A stretch of 64,000 nucleotides of DNA. Origin: a virus. Lineage: Duplodnaviria > Caudoviricetes. A program made the position numbers and the translations under genes. This document shows, piece after piece, positions 52,974 through 62,455 of this stretch; positions within the stretch are counted from its first letter, which is position 1; each line of letters opens with the position of its first letter. The notes beneath the pieces were generated by a model that made no database searches, was not told where the DNA came from, and worked only from the letters and a program-made list of their open reading frames with translations. The stretch lies in the IMG/VR virus record IMGVR_UViG_3300045596_000094, positions 32,001 through 96,000 of that record. One strand, given 5' to 3'.

Positions 52974-53003
52974 TATTGGTAGGGGTCGAAACCCCTACCA
53001 ATA
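52974..53003 (-). terminator. Terminator hairpin (UUCG loop) after the DUF285 gene
   Basis: TATTGGTAGGGGT-CGAA-ACCCCTACCAATA. Confidence 0.8.
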
Positions 53004-53015
53004 GATTGTGATTAA

Positions 53016-56000
53016 TTAACCCATTCCACTTGGGCATGTGCCCCAAACAGGGTACTGCGCTGTAGTCATACCACTCCCCGTAGAGAAGTTTGTGGTGATG
53101 CCGGCAACAGGCACACACCACTGACTAAGGTCCTGATTGAATGCTTCGGCGTTCAGTAACGTAGAGTTAAAGTCAGTGCATGTTTGTGGCTTCCACTTAG
53201 CGATCGGTTGATTGAAAAGTTTAGCGCCATTGAACATATTTGACATCGTTATTACTTTACGAACATCCCAATTGCTAATGTCTCTATTGAAGGCAATAGC
53301 CTGATAGAACATCGCAGTTGTCCTCGTTACCTTAGAGGTATCCCAACCGGTAATATCGCCATTAAAGGCATATGCCGCATTGAACACACTCTGCATGCGT
53401 GTACACTTCGATGTATTCCAAGGAAGATCCTGATTGAAAACACTAGCGTTACTGAACATCTGAGAAATGTCAGTGATGTTAGACATATCCCAATCGCCAA
53501 GCGGCTGATTGAATGCTTTCGCACCGTAGAACATCATCGCTGTCGTAGTGACTAATGGGAAACGCCAATGATTGAGAGGCTGGTTAAATACCGTAGCGCC
53601 ATTGAACATTCCACTCAAGTACAATGCTTTACTCACATCCCAATTTGTCAGTGGGTGATTGTAAAGAACCGCACCACTGAATGTGTCGCGGAAATCATTC
53701 ACATTGCTGGTATCCCACATACCTACGGGGTAGGTAAAAGCTGTTGCGTTCTTGAATGTGGCATTCAGTGATTTGTTCAGCGGAAACTTCCATTTATCCA
53801 ATGGTTGGTTAAATGCTGATGCTCCACTAAAAATACTACCTAAGGTAATGGCTTGACTAACGTCCCAGTTGTTCAATGGTTGATTAAACGAAATGGCGTT
53901 TTCAAACACACCACCGAAGTCTTTGACCCCACTCACGTTCCAGTGTTCAACAGGATGGTTAAAGTTTTTCGCAAGAGAGAACATTCTCGAAATGTTCGTC
54001 GCCTTACTAAGATTCCAACTTGGCAGTGGGTGTGAGAAAGCAGTTGAACTAAACACGGAAGCGAAGTTAACCACATTGGACACATCCCACATATCCAGAT
54101 CTTGGTCGAAGTTCGTACAGCCGCTGAAGATCGCTGAAATATTTGTACATTTTGACATATTCCATTTATCAAGTGGTTGATTGAATTTCGATGCACCGTC
54201 AAACATACTCACCATACGTGTGGCGTTAGCTACGTTCCAGTCATTTAATGGTTGGTTGAACTCACGAGCATTTTGGAACATGGTTGAGAACTCATATCCC
54301 GATGAAACGTCCCAATTACCAATTGGTTGGTTGAATGCACCCGCCGTGGAGAACATGCTGAAGAATGAGGTAACCTTAGATACATCCCATTCCAAAATAC
54401 CTGGATCATTAAAGGCTGAGTTAATGAAGAACATGTAATTCATGGACGTGATGTGTGATGTATCCCAACCAGCCACTGACCCAGAGAAGTTTGATCTGGA
54501 GAAACAGTACTCCATATCAGTTACTTTTGAGGTATTCCACTTAGAAAGATTTGGCATCTTAGATATGTCTGTGAAATAGGCGTAAGTGAACGCGTTGCGA
54601 AGACTGGTAATGTTTTTCGTTTCCCAGTTTTCGATCACCTTGATATCATTGAAATAAATGCCTTGGAACATACCATTCATACTGGTAGCTTTCTTAGCGT
54701 ACCGATCCGAAGTAATTGAAAACCCTTTGATTTTCACGCCAGTAGAGATACCTAGTCGTAAAAACTCTAGATTGTCCGGGATAGATATTAGGTTACCCTC
54801 AGCAATTGTGCAGTCACCAAAACTGGTGGTGTACGGTGCACTACCTAGGATTGCTTTAATATTATCCCCGCATCGAATAATCAGCTTTTTAGTAGCGGTT
54901 TGCGGTGGAACCCTAAGTCGATAATACGTTCCTTGCAATGTTAGGTTGGTGTCGTTTAAAATATTAACACCATCTAACGTAGCTGAAAGAATATCTGGGG
55001 TGCTCGACGCCCTTAAATCGAAATAGAACATTGCGTCTGTAAATATACCGTCAATCTCTAATTTGTCCGTCCACACCCAAGGGTTATTATACGGTGTCAT
55101 CTTAGAGTAATCAAACATATTACGTGGTTCTATCGGTAGTATTGGAATGACCGTATCACGCCATGCGTTTAGATCCTGACTAAATGCAGCAGCTGATTGG
55201 AACATTGCCTCCATTGGGTTATAATACGCTGGATCAGATTCCGCTGAAGGTGGGAGTAGGTTTCCGAATTTCCACATACCCAGTGGTTGATTGAATTTCT
55301 GAGTATATGCGAACATGGACTGACAGCTACGGACAGTTCGCATATCCCACAGATCCATTGGTTGGTTATACTCGTACGCCCCATTAAACATGTTGTGGCA
55401 ATTCTGCAATTGCGTGGTTATAAAGTGGTTCACAGATTGATTAAATACCGCTGCATGCATGAACATCCAGTTAAAGTATTGTGCCGATGTTGTCACCCAC
55501 CCGGTCAACGGTTGGTTGAATGAAGTGGCGGATTGGAACGTACTAGAGAATTGCGTAACCTTGGAAACATCCCAGTCTTTGATTACGGAGTTAAATGCCC
55601 ACGCATTTTCAAACATTGAACTCATGTCTTTAGCTGACCCTGTCAACCACCCATTCATGCCAGTGTCGAATACTGTCGATGGATAACCACAATTGAACAC
55701 CTCCGCATGTGAGAACATGCTACCGTAAGTGGTGCAGAGAGGGCTTCGCCATAAACTAATATTGCGGTTGAATGCTTTCGCATTCTGGAACATCCCATAC
55801 ATCGTTTTAGCAGATTCTGGTCGCCAATCAGACACATTACCGTTAAAGATAGTCGCTGAAAGGAAAGTCTGTTCGAAGGTGGTAACCTTCGATACATCCC
55901 AAGTAGTTAAGTCCTGGTTGAACGATACAGCACTTGCAAAAGTTAACTGCATGTTTAATAACTTATTACTAATCGGCCAAACACCAATTGGTTGGTTAAA

Positions 56001-58052
56001 GTTAGAGGCCTGATAGAATGTAGACGCCAAGCTGGTAATCGTAGCAGCATTCCATGTTAGAATATTGCCATTAAACGCGGTTGCTGATTGGAACATAGAA
56101 CGTAGTGAGCGCATGTCCCCTGTTTGCCACGTATCGAGATCCTGGTTGAACGCTCTTGCTGCATAGAACATCTCTTCAAAACCGGTACAGTTTCTAAGAT
56201 CCCACCCAGTTAAGCGCCCGTTAAATACGGTAGCGCTCTTGAACATCTGCGTTGCGTCCTGAAGAGCTACAGGTTTCCAGTTATCTAGGTTCTTGTTGAA
56301 TGAAATAGCACTACAGAACATTTTCGCCATCGATGTGACTTTACTCACATTCCATGTTGTTACATCACCATTAAACTTATCAGTGATATAGAACATTGAA
56401 GCCATTACCGTAGCTGATGATGTATTCCATGTACTGAGGTTCTGGTTAAAGGCTTTGCAGCTAGAAAACATCCCGTAGAAATTCGTTACCTTCGATACAT
56501 CCCATTTGTCAAGCGGTTGATCAAAAACAGTTGCGCCTAAGAAAGTCGCCGGCATCAATGTGACTTTCGAGGTATTCCATGTATTCAACGGCTGGTTAAA
56601 TGCTTTCGCATTCTGGAACATATACGAAATGTCTTCCGCATTCGTCATATTCCAATTACCAATTGGTTGGTTGAATACCGTAGCGTTCCGGAAAGTGGAG
56701 GTAAAGTTTGTACCCTTAGATACATCCCACCCGATCACATTCGGATCGTTAAAAATAGGACAACCGTAGAACATACTACTATAGTCCGTTACGTTCGGTG
56801 GGGCATTGGCAGGTACTTTCTCAAATACTGGTGAATAACATACGAATGAGGTGAGTTTTATCGTTCCCCAATCGGCAACCTCATACAGACCTTGATTGAG
56901 ATATTTATTAGTGATCGAATCCATGAAGATGCGTATATTTCCGGTTCCAAACACCGTGAATTTCGTTAATTTATCTATACCTTCAGTACCCTGAGCTTGC
57001 ACTGGCAAACTATATACCGACCCATCCACGGTCAACGGTAGATCGCCTTCAGCTTTTACCATAACAGGGTCTTCTGATTTCACCGTAAATGAAACACCAC
57101 CCTTAGCGTAAAATATTAAAGGTTTAGGGTCATCAACGAAAACAAAAGGATCTCGATCAAACGGAACATTAATTCCAACTTCAACAGTTTGCCCCGCTTT
57201 TATCGACATAGGTTCGTTTAGAACCAAACGACTATACACGTTATGGTTTTTCACAAGCACCATGTAACCGTATAGGGTTTGATTAGTAGTTGGGATGAAA
57301 GTTGTAGCTAATTTAACTAACCTTGTGGATTTAGTCTGGGTAAAACTAAATCCAGGGATAGTATTGATTACCAACGGAAACTTACCATCAACCATTCCCG
57401 CGTTTGAAACGATTGGACATACCTGAACGCTATCCCCAATCCCTTTGAAAGGCATGGTCGGCAACTGAGCCGAATTGACGGCATGTTCAATTGTGAATGT
57501 TGTAGGTGTGAGTGTATTTTCAGTTACATTGATCGCATTACGGTAGATCGGTGTGAGTTGATTACGATAACTTTGATAGAACCTAACCGTTATTCGTGCG
57601 CGAGTACCGTATGGAATCGCGTATGTGATAGGTACCCCTAACTCGTTTGTAAGAAATGCGCGTGAAACACCTTCGAGTCCAATCTCACGGATTTGGTCAC
57701 GGTTGCTAGTTATTTCACTACCATTTACGGTCACTGAGAACTCATGTTCAACCACGAAGAAATCGCCATTAAGGTAATGTCGACTAATATACCCTAATTC
57801 ATTTAAGGTCATGGTACTGAGTTGCTTTTCGTAAGTTTTGTTAATTACCCCGGTTGCCCCAGGGCTTAGCGCAGTACCGCTAGCACCCAACTGAAGGTAA
57901 TCAATAAATGACTCAGTGTTATATTTGATTAAACCGACATTTAAAAGTAAATTCTCATGCCATAACCCATCATTAGTTTCATTCCCATTCTCATCAATGA
58001 ATGTAAAATTATACTTCGTGTGGATTGAGTGCAAAGATCTGTTAGGTAACAT
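53016..58052 (-). CDS. Tail-associated protein with two arrays of DUF285 / BspA-like ~25-aa repeats
   Basis: ~42 repeats of MF..A..FNQPL..WDVS.VT; C-cap WCV...P.WGTCP; N-terminal module paralogous to the two upstream genes. Confidence 0.88.
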   Translation of the reverse strand: MLPNRSLHSIHTKYNFTFIDENGNETNDGLWHENLLLNVGLIKYNTESFIDYLQLGASGTALSPGATGVINKTYEKQLSTMTLNELGYISRHYLNGDFFVVEHEFSVTVNGSEITSNRDQIREIGLEGVSRAFLTNELGVPITYAIPYGTRARITVRFYQSYRNQLTPIYRNAINVTENTLTPTTFTIEHAVNSAQLPTMPFKGIGDSVQVCPIVSNAGMVDGKFPLVINTIPGFSFTQTKSTRLVKLATTFIPTTNQTLYGYMVLVKNHNVYSRLVLNEPMSIKAGQTVEVGINVPFDRDPFVFVDDPKPLIFYAKGGVSFTVKSEDPVMVKAEGDLPLTVDGSVYSLPVQAQGTEGIDKLTKFTVFGTGNIRIFMDSITNKYLNQGLYEVADWGTIKLTSFVCYSPVFEKVPANAPPNVTDYSSMFYGCPIFNDPNVIGWDVSKGTNFTSTFRNATVFNQPIGNWNMTNAEDISYMFQNAKAFNQPLNTWNTSKVTLMPATFLGATVFDQPLDKWDVSKVTNFYGMFSSCKAFNQNLSTWNTSSATVMASMFYITDKFNGDVTTWNVSKVTSMAKMFCSAISFNKNLDNWKPVALQDATQMFKSATVFNGRLTGWDLRNCTGFEEMFYAARAFNQDLDTWQTGDMRSLRSMFQSATAFNGNILTWNAATITSLASTFYQASNFNQPIGVWPISNKLLNMQLTFASAVSFNQDLTTWDVSKVTTFEQTFLSATIFNGNVSDWRPESAKTMYGMFQNAKAFNRNISLWRSPLCTTYGSMFSHAEVFNCGYPSTVFDTGMNGWLTGSAKDMSSMFENAWAFNSVIKDWDVSKVTQFSSTFQSATSFNQPLTGWVTTSAQYFNWMFMHAAVFNQSVNHFITTQLQNCHNMFNGAYEYNQPMDLWDMRTVRSCQSMFAYTQKFNQPLGMWKFGNLLPPSAESDPAYYNPMEAMFQSAAAFSQDLNAWRDTVIPILPIEPRNMFDYSKMTPYNNPWVWTDKLEIDGIFTDAMFYFDLRASSTPDILSATLDGVNILNDTNLTLQGTYYRLRVPPQTATKKLIIRCGDNIKAILGSAPYTTSFGDCTIAEGNLISIPDNLEFLRLGISTGVKIKGFSITSDRYAKKATSMNGMFQGIYFNDIKVIENWETKNITSLRNAFTYAYFTDISKMPNLSKWNTSKVTDMEYCFSRSNFSGSVAGWDTSHITSMNYMFFINSAFNDPGILEWDVSKVTSFFSMFSTAGAFNQPIGNWDVSSGYEFSTMFQNAREFNQPLNDWNVANATRMVSMFDGASKFNQPLDKWNMSKCTNISAIFSGCTNFDQDLDMWDVSNVVNFASVFSSTAFSHPLPSWNLSKATNISRMFSLAKNFNHPVEHWNVSGVKDFGGVFENAISFNQPLNNWDVSQAITLGSIFSGASAFNQPLDKWKFPLNKSLNATFKNATAFTYPVGMWDTSNVNDFRDTFSGAVLYNHPLTNWDVSKALYLSGMFNGATVFNQPLNHWRFPLVTTTAMMFYGAKAFNQPLGDWDMSNITDISQMFSNASVFNQDLPWNTSKCTRMQSVFNAAYAFNGDITGWDTSKVTRTTAMFYQAIAFNRDISNWDVRKVITMSNMFNGAKLFNQPIAKWKPQTCTDFNSTLLNAEAFNQDLSQWCVPVAGITTNFSTGSGMTTAQYPVWGTCPSGMG

Positions 58053-58060
58053 CTAATACC

Positions 58061-58909
58061 TCACCATTGTGCATTAATAAAAAGTTCGATTTTCTGGATA
58101 GCAGGTACGGACATAACTTTATTGAATTTACCCTCAATAATCGGAATTCCGCATTTGTACGTATAGCGTATTGAATTTAAACCAACCTCGTCTTCGTTTG
58201 TGATCTTGTAATGATACTCGATCTTACGATTTGATGAGTTAACAGCTACAGATAACTCATTCAAAGTAACAACCCCAGTAGCGGTGACCAACTCAATTGA
58301 CGGCACCCCTAATAGTTTCCACCAATTAGCTAACGCAATATCCGTAGGTGCTTTGTGGTTGTACGTTACGGTAAACGTATCCTGCACAACACCTTGCTCA
58401 TCTACAATCGAAAGGGTATGTGATGGTGTTTTTGTCAGTAAAACGAAGCGTGCCGAAACCAGCACAGTATCTGAAGGTGTTACTGTAATGGTGGTGATAT
58501 CACCATATGCCGAGTATAGTAGTGCGCGATTGAATCCTGGTATGCCGATTTCCTTAAGGATAACGGTTAACGAGGATGTGTTCAAAAACTCATACGTGTA
58601 AAACCAAACTACGAGACTGCCGTCAGAAATAGTCGTAAATTGAGTGTCGGCAGGGTTATGAATGGTATCAATCAAGACCATGTCTGGAGATGGGCTGATC
58701 GGCCCGTCCTGATTGGCTACCACCGCCCGACCATCAGTCCCAAGAAGTGGGGTAGGTGCCTCGCTAAACCCAGACATAAATATTTGGGCTGTATCGTCCA
58801 TGATGAGGTTATGACCCCAACCTGTTTGTTCTTTTATCTCCTTGGTCTCGCTATCGATAACTTTAACGCTGTATTCCATACCGAGATTAAAACTACTATT
58901 TGCTAACAT
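58061..58909 (-). CDS. Putative tail protein (module shared with 58911..59855 and the DUF285 N-terminus)
   Basis: KVIDSETKEIKEQTGWGHNLI...LKEIGI..FNRAL. Confidence 0.6.
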   Translation of the reverse strand: MLANSSFNLGMEYSVKVIDSETKEIKEQTGWGHNLIMDDTAQIFMSGFSEAPTPLLGTDGRAVVANQDGPISPSPDMVLIDTIHNPADTQFTTISDGSLVVWFYTYEFLNTSSLTVILKEIGIPGFNRALLYSAYGDITTITVTPSDTVLVSARFVLLTKTPSHTLSIVDEQGVVQDTFTVTYNHKAPTDIALANWWKLLGVPSIELVTATGVVTLNELSVAVNSSNRKIEYHYKITNEDEVGLNSIRYTYKCGIPIIEGKFNKVMSVPAIQKIELFINAQW

Positions 58910-58910
58910 G

Positions 58911-59855
58911 TTAGGCCCCTGACGTAGTATACATTGACGTCACATCAACGTCGGTTAATGACCGTTTTAGGAAAGTGACTGGTGTTGAAAAAAGAACAGA
59001 TGTGTATACACCTGGGACACCTGTGGGAATGCCGAAACGAATATACTGCCTATCAATGTTGGGATCGTAAATATAACCTCTACGATTATGGTTACCCAAC
59101 GGCAAACCGGTCGTGGTTGTTATAACCTCTTTCCAGCGACTGGCGGTTGGTGTGATGCTACCTAGAACATTGTTATCATTAGGATCACCTTGGACAGTAG
59201 GGTTGGCTGTCAACCCATTACCCTGACCTATCCCTAATAGAAAATGCCACTGATATCCGCTAGCTAATAATACTGCGGTATTGACCGCGATATTTACTTT
59301 ACAGGGTATGTTGCGTAAGAGCGTACCCTTATTATCGTAAACCGGTAATTGCGTTATTGGGGATGGTAACAATAACATGGTTAGTTTGAAATCAATTTCG
59401 ATCAAAACGTTGGGGGATATCGGGTAAATAAAAGCAGCACCAACTTCATTCTTGATCTGAGCAATGGAAAAATTAGCAATACCTACTTGGTTTGCTTTCA
59501 GCCCCTTTACTGTTGTGTTCGGGGTAAATTTATACTTACCCCCACCCACTACCCGCCAACCTTTCTTGACATCGTTATCATCCACCCACGAATATTCCAT
59601 TGGGTTTATTTCTTTACTTACATGAGTTAACCCAACTACGTTTTCAAAACTACTATAGTTGTTAGTGTCTGTTCGCCCCAATTGGAATGGGGGGTTTGCG
59701 ACTAAACCTGTTTCAAAAATCAATTTCGCAGTTGCCTCACTGCGGATGATCTGGTTTTTAGACCATCCGCTTTCAGAAATAAGTTCTCCGGTTTCTCTAT
59801 CAAAAGACTTGAGCTTATACTGCCCCTGTATAGACACCTGTTGTTCAAAATTCAT
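58911..59855 (-). CDS. Putative tail protein (same module family)
   Basis: KSFDRETGELISESGWSKNQI...QVGI..FSIAQIKNEVG. Confidence 0.6.
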   Translation of the reverse strand: MNFEQQVSIQGQYKLKSFDRETGELISESGWSKNQIIRSEATAKLIFETGLVANPPFQLGRTDTNNYSSFENVVGLTHVSKEINPMEYSWVDDNDVKKGWRVVGGGKYKFTPNTTVKGLKANQVGIANFSIAQIKNEVGAAFIYPISPNVLIEIDFKLTMLLLPSPITQLPVYDNKGTLLRNIPCKVNIAVNTAVLLASGYQWHFLLGIGQGNGLTANPTVQGDPNDNNVLGSITPTASRWKEVITTTTGLPLGNHNRRGYIYDPNIDRQYIRFGIPTGVPGVYTSVLFSTPVTFLKRSLTDVDVTSMYTTSGA

Positions 59856-59865
59856 TGTAAATGCC

Positions 59866-62412
59866 CTATTTGATTGTAAAGGTAGTGATACCTACGTTAG
59901 AGAAAATAGTTTCATCGGTTATATTCGCACCAGCCTCAATAAGCTTGATTGCGGTTACCCCTATGGTAGAAGACTCGTCTTCAACAATTTTCGGTGGCGG
60001 TAAGAATATAAGTTTACTACCTAGTTGGGTATTAAGGTTAATTGATTCATCTGTGGAGACTGGGTAGATTTGTGTGGTCGCATCACCTTCCACGTGTTCA
60101 GGATAAACAACTGTTGAATCACCGAATACCTTCACTCGCTCGTCAATAACAATGTCGGGGATAATTGCATCAATGATTGTCCACAGTGGTAATTTAACAT
60201 GATGAGTCATTGACTCTTTCCCTGTTTGCACAGAAATCGATGTATCAATGGTATCTTTCATCTTCACGTATTCTTTTACCATCACATCCCCTAAAGGATG
60301 CATGGTGTTCAACCAGATAACACCATCTCGAACTTTCCAACTCGCATCTACCGCTGTCACTATCGGGAGCATAACGTTCATTGACGATTTCAGTTTTGCT
60401 TTAAGATTTGTCAAACGTAATGTTGACAGACCTAACATAAATGAATCGACAGCAGCAACATCTTGAATAATCTGAACGGTATAGCTGCAGAAATGTTTCA
60501 GTATGGAAAGTACTGCGTTCTGCTTATCTCTAAGTTTCTGGGAAGCTAAGAGATCCATACCGGTTGCTGCCTCAACCAACGCTAAACCTAACGTAACGTA
60601 GTCTTGGCGGGAGAACCCATCGAGATCCAAACCATGTAGAATGAGCCAGTCTTTGTAATAAGTTTTCTTTTCAGATAACTTACAAGGTACCCAATTCCAG
60701 TACTGATGGTACGAAACCCATTCCCCCATTGCTCGACCATCCATATCCTCAATAGCCGCGTAGGTCATGTACCTTCGCATAGCCTCAGCATGCTGGCGCT
60801 GAATCTCATTACCTAATGAGAGCGCTGAGGTATGTGTGAATGTAGGAATATAGTTACCCATAATGTCCAGAATCTCAGCTTCTGTGATCTTCTTCGCATT
60901 AGTACCATATTTCATATCCGCCAGAGTAGCCTTATCGAGTAAACTTGGATCTGGTTTCCAGCCATCCACTCGAGGAATCCACATAGCGTGAATATCTGGA
61001 ATAGTTTCTAGATCGTATTGTGCCCATCCCATATTTAAACAGTATAAAGAAAGAATATACGCATTTAAAGGAGTGAGTTGTAAACGATCTGATGTGATGG
61101 GGTGTGTGACAATCACAGAGCCTTTGAAAAACCCATGACTCGCTGTAAATGCCCAAAGAGAAAGACCGATATCTTCCATTGTCACTGCGATATTGTTGGC
61201 ATCATCAATAACAGAAGACTCTAGTACTTTGGTATTAACATTATCATACATCGAGTACCTAGAACTATTTGCGATCCGGGTTACTTGTCCCTCTTGATCA
61301 TAGTAGTTTTCAGTAGCGAGCGGTATTTCTTTCTTTACGATTTCAGCGATAGTGCGATAATCAACCCCAGCCCCACGCTGTGTTGGGTTAAGAGCTTCCC
61401 TAAGCATAAATGGGTTTGCTGATACTAACTCACCATCATCCATCTCGGAAATATCGTGCCTTAATCGATGTCCTGAAATAGGGATGTTCGATGGTGTGAG
61501 TATGTTCTCAATAATCGCTTGAAAAGTCATGTCTTTTCCGCGGTTAGCGTCTAACCAGCGCAAATTACGATAAAGCCACAGTTGTTCTTTCTTTTTCAGA
61601 TGCTCGACAACCCAGCCAAGTTGCCCCAATGAATCTAAGAACTCACGAATATGGAATGAATGCGTAAACCCACGGAAGTCATGAGCATTCTCTAAACGGA
61701 TCGCAGATAGCGTTCCGGGAATTGACATATATAGTAGGCTTAATAGTGTTGCGTAGAAAAGATTATGCGTTGTTTGGTAGTTTACGTTAGTGTAGCGACC
61801 GATAAATGCATTTATATGTTCCTGCAGTACATGAATCAAGTTTTCTTCATTTGTTTCGATTAAGAAATTTTCAGAAATCGGACCATAATCCTGTCGGATC
61901 ATATGGTGGATTCCTTGCGGTAATAAGGTCTTTAAATAACCACCGCAATATAAAATCTCACCATCGTAAGCAGGGCATGCAACTGCTGGTGGAATGGGGT
62001 TAAGAACCCCTTTAATAAGATCTTCAAATTCAGGATATCTGGAAACTAGACCGTTGTAATATTGGGTATTAAAACGATACTCGTTTGCAATGGCTAAATC
62101 TGAATTGATCCCCTGCATGATGGTTTTGTTGAAATCGACTTCAACCGGCTGATTATCACCAGCAACTTTAATACGGATATGGTCAAATTCACCATTAGAT
62201 AATTCTAATAACTTATCGTGGTCAGCTTGATGATATTCGCCATTTAAATTTAAATAGTATTTCCAAGTCTCTGGACGGTTTTCATCTACCATGTAACCGC
62301 GAGATATTAGGTCGGCATTGATAGCCTGTGCAACCAACTGAAGTTTAATCACCATCGTTTTTGTAAGTACGAGGGATTTACTTTGGTAAATGCGATGTAA
62401 TGTTGCGGACAT
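59866..62412 (-). CDS. Virion structural / baseplate protein, phiKZ gp128-like
   Basis: TMVIK...INA...PETWKYYLNLNGEYH..D, HSFHIREFLDS.G, QLWLYRN.RW...N.GK and NTKVLES motifs. Confidence 0.8.
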   Translation of the reverse strand: MSATLHRIYQSKSLVLTKTMVIKLQLVAQAINADLISRGYMVDENRPETWKYYLNLNGEYHQADHDKLLELSNGEFDHIRIKVAGDNQPVEVDFNKTIMQGINSDLAIANEYRFNTQYYNGLVSRYPEFEDLIKGVLNPIPPAVACPAYDGEILYCGGYLKTLLPQGIHHMIRQDYGPISENFLIETNEENLIHVLQEHINAFIGRYTNVNYQTTHNLFYATLLSLLYMSIPGTLSAIRLENAHDFRGFTHSFHIREFLDSLGQLGWVVEHLKKKEQLWLYRNLRWLDANRGKDMTFQAIIENILTPSNIPISGHRLRHDISEMDDGELVSANPFMLREALNPTQRGAGVDYRTIAEIVKKEIPLATENYYDQEGQVTRIANSSRYSMYDNVNTKVLESSVIDDANNIAVTMEDIGLSLWAFTASHGFFKGSVIVTHPITSDRLQLTPLNAYILSLYCLNMGWAQYDLETIPDIHAMWIPRVDGWKPDPSLLDKATLADMKYGTNAKKITEAEILDIMGNYIPTFTHTSALSLGNEIQRQHAEAMRRYMTYAAIEDMDGRAMGEWVSYHQYWNWVPCKLSEKKTYYKDWLILHGLDLDGFSRQDYVTLGLALVEAATGMDLLASQKLRDKQNAVLSILKHFCSYTVQIIQDVAAVDSFMLGLSTLRLTNLKAKLKSSMNVMLPIVTAVDASWKVRDGVIWLNTMHPLGDVMVKEYVKMKDTIDTSISVQTGKESMTHHVKLPLWTIIDAIIPDIVIDERVKVFGDSTVVYPEHVEGDATTQIYPVSTDESINLNTQLGSKLIFLPPPKIVEDESSTIGVTAIKLIEAGANITDETIFSNVGITTFTIK

Positions 62413-62455
62413 ACCAGTACCTCAAAATAGTTTTAAAATATACGGAGTAGTTTCA

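Noticed and set aside
53100-56800. CRISPR-like array suggested by ~75-bp periodicity
   Set aside because: The periodicity is the 25-codon protein repeat within one open frame; there are no identical repeats with unique spacers
53016-58052. Diversity-generating retroelement targeting the repeat protein
   Set aside because: No reverse transcriptase in the window and no TR/VR pair with adenine-specific mismatches seen; the repeats are short and explained by coding repeats
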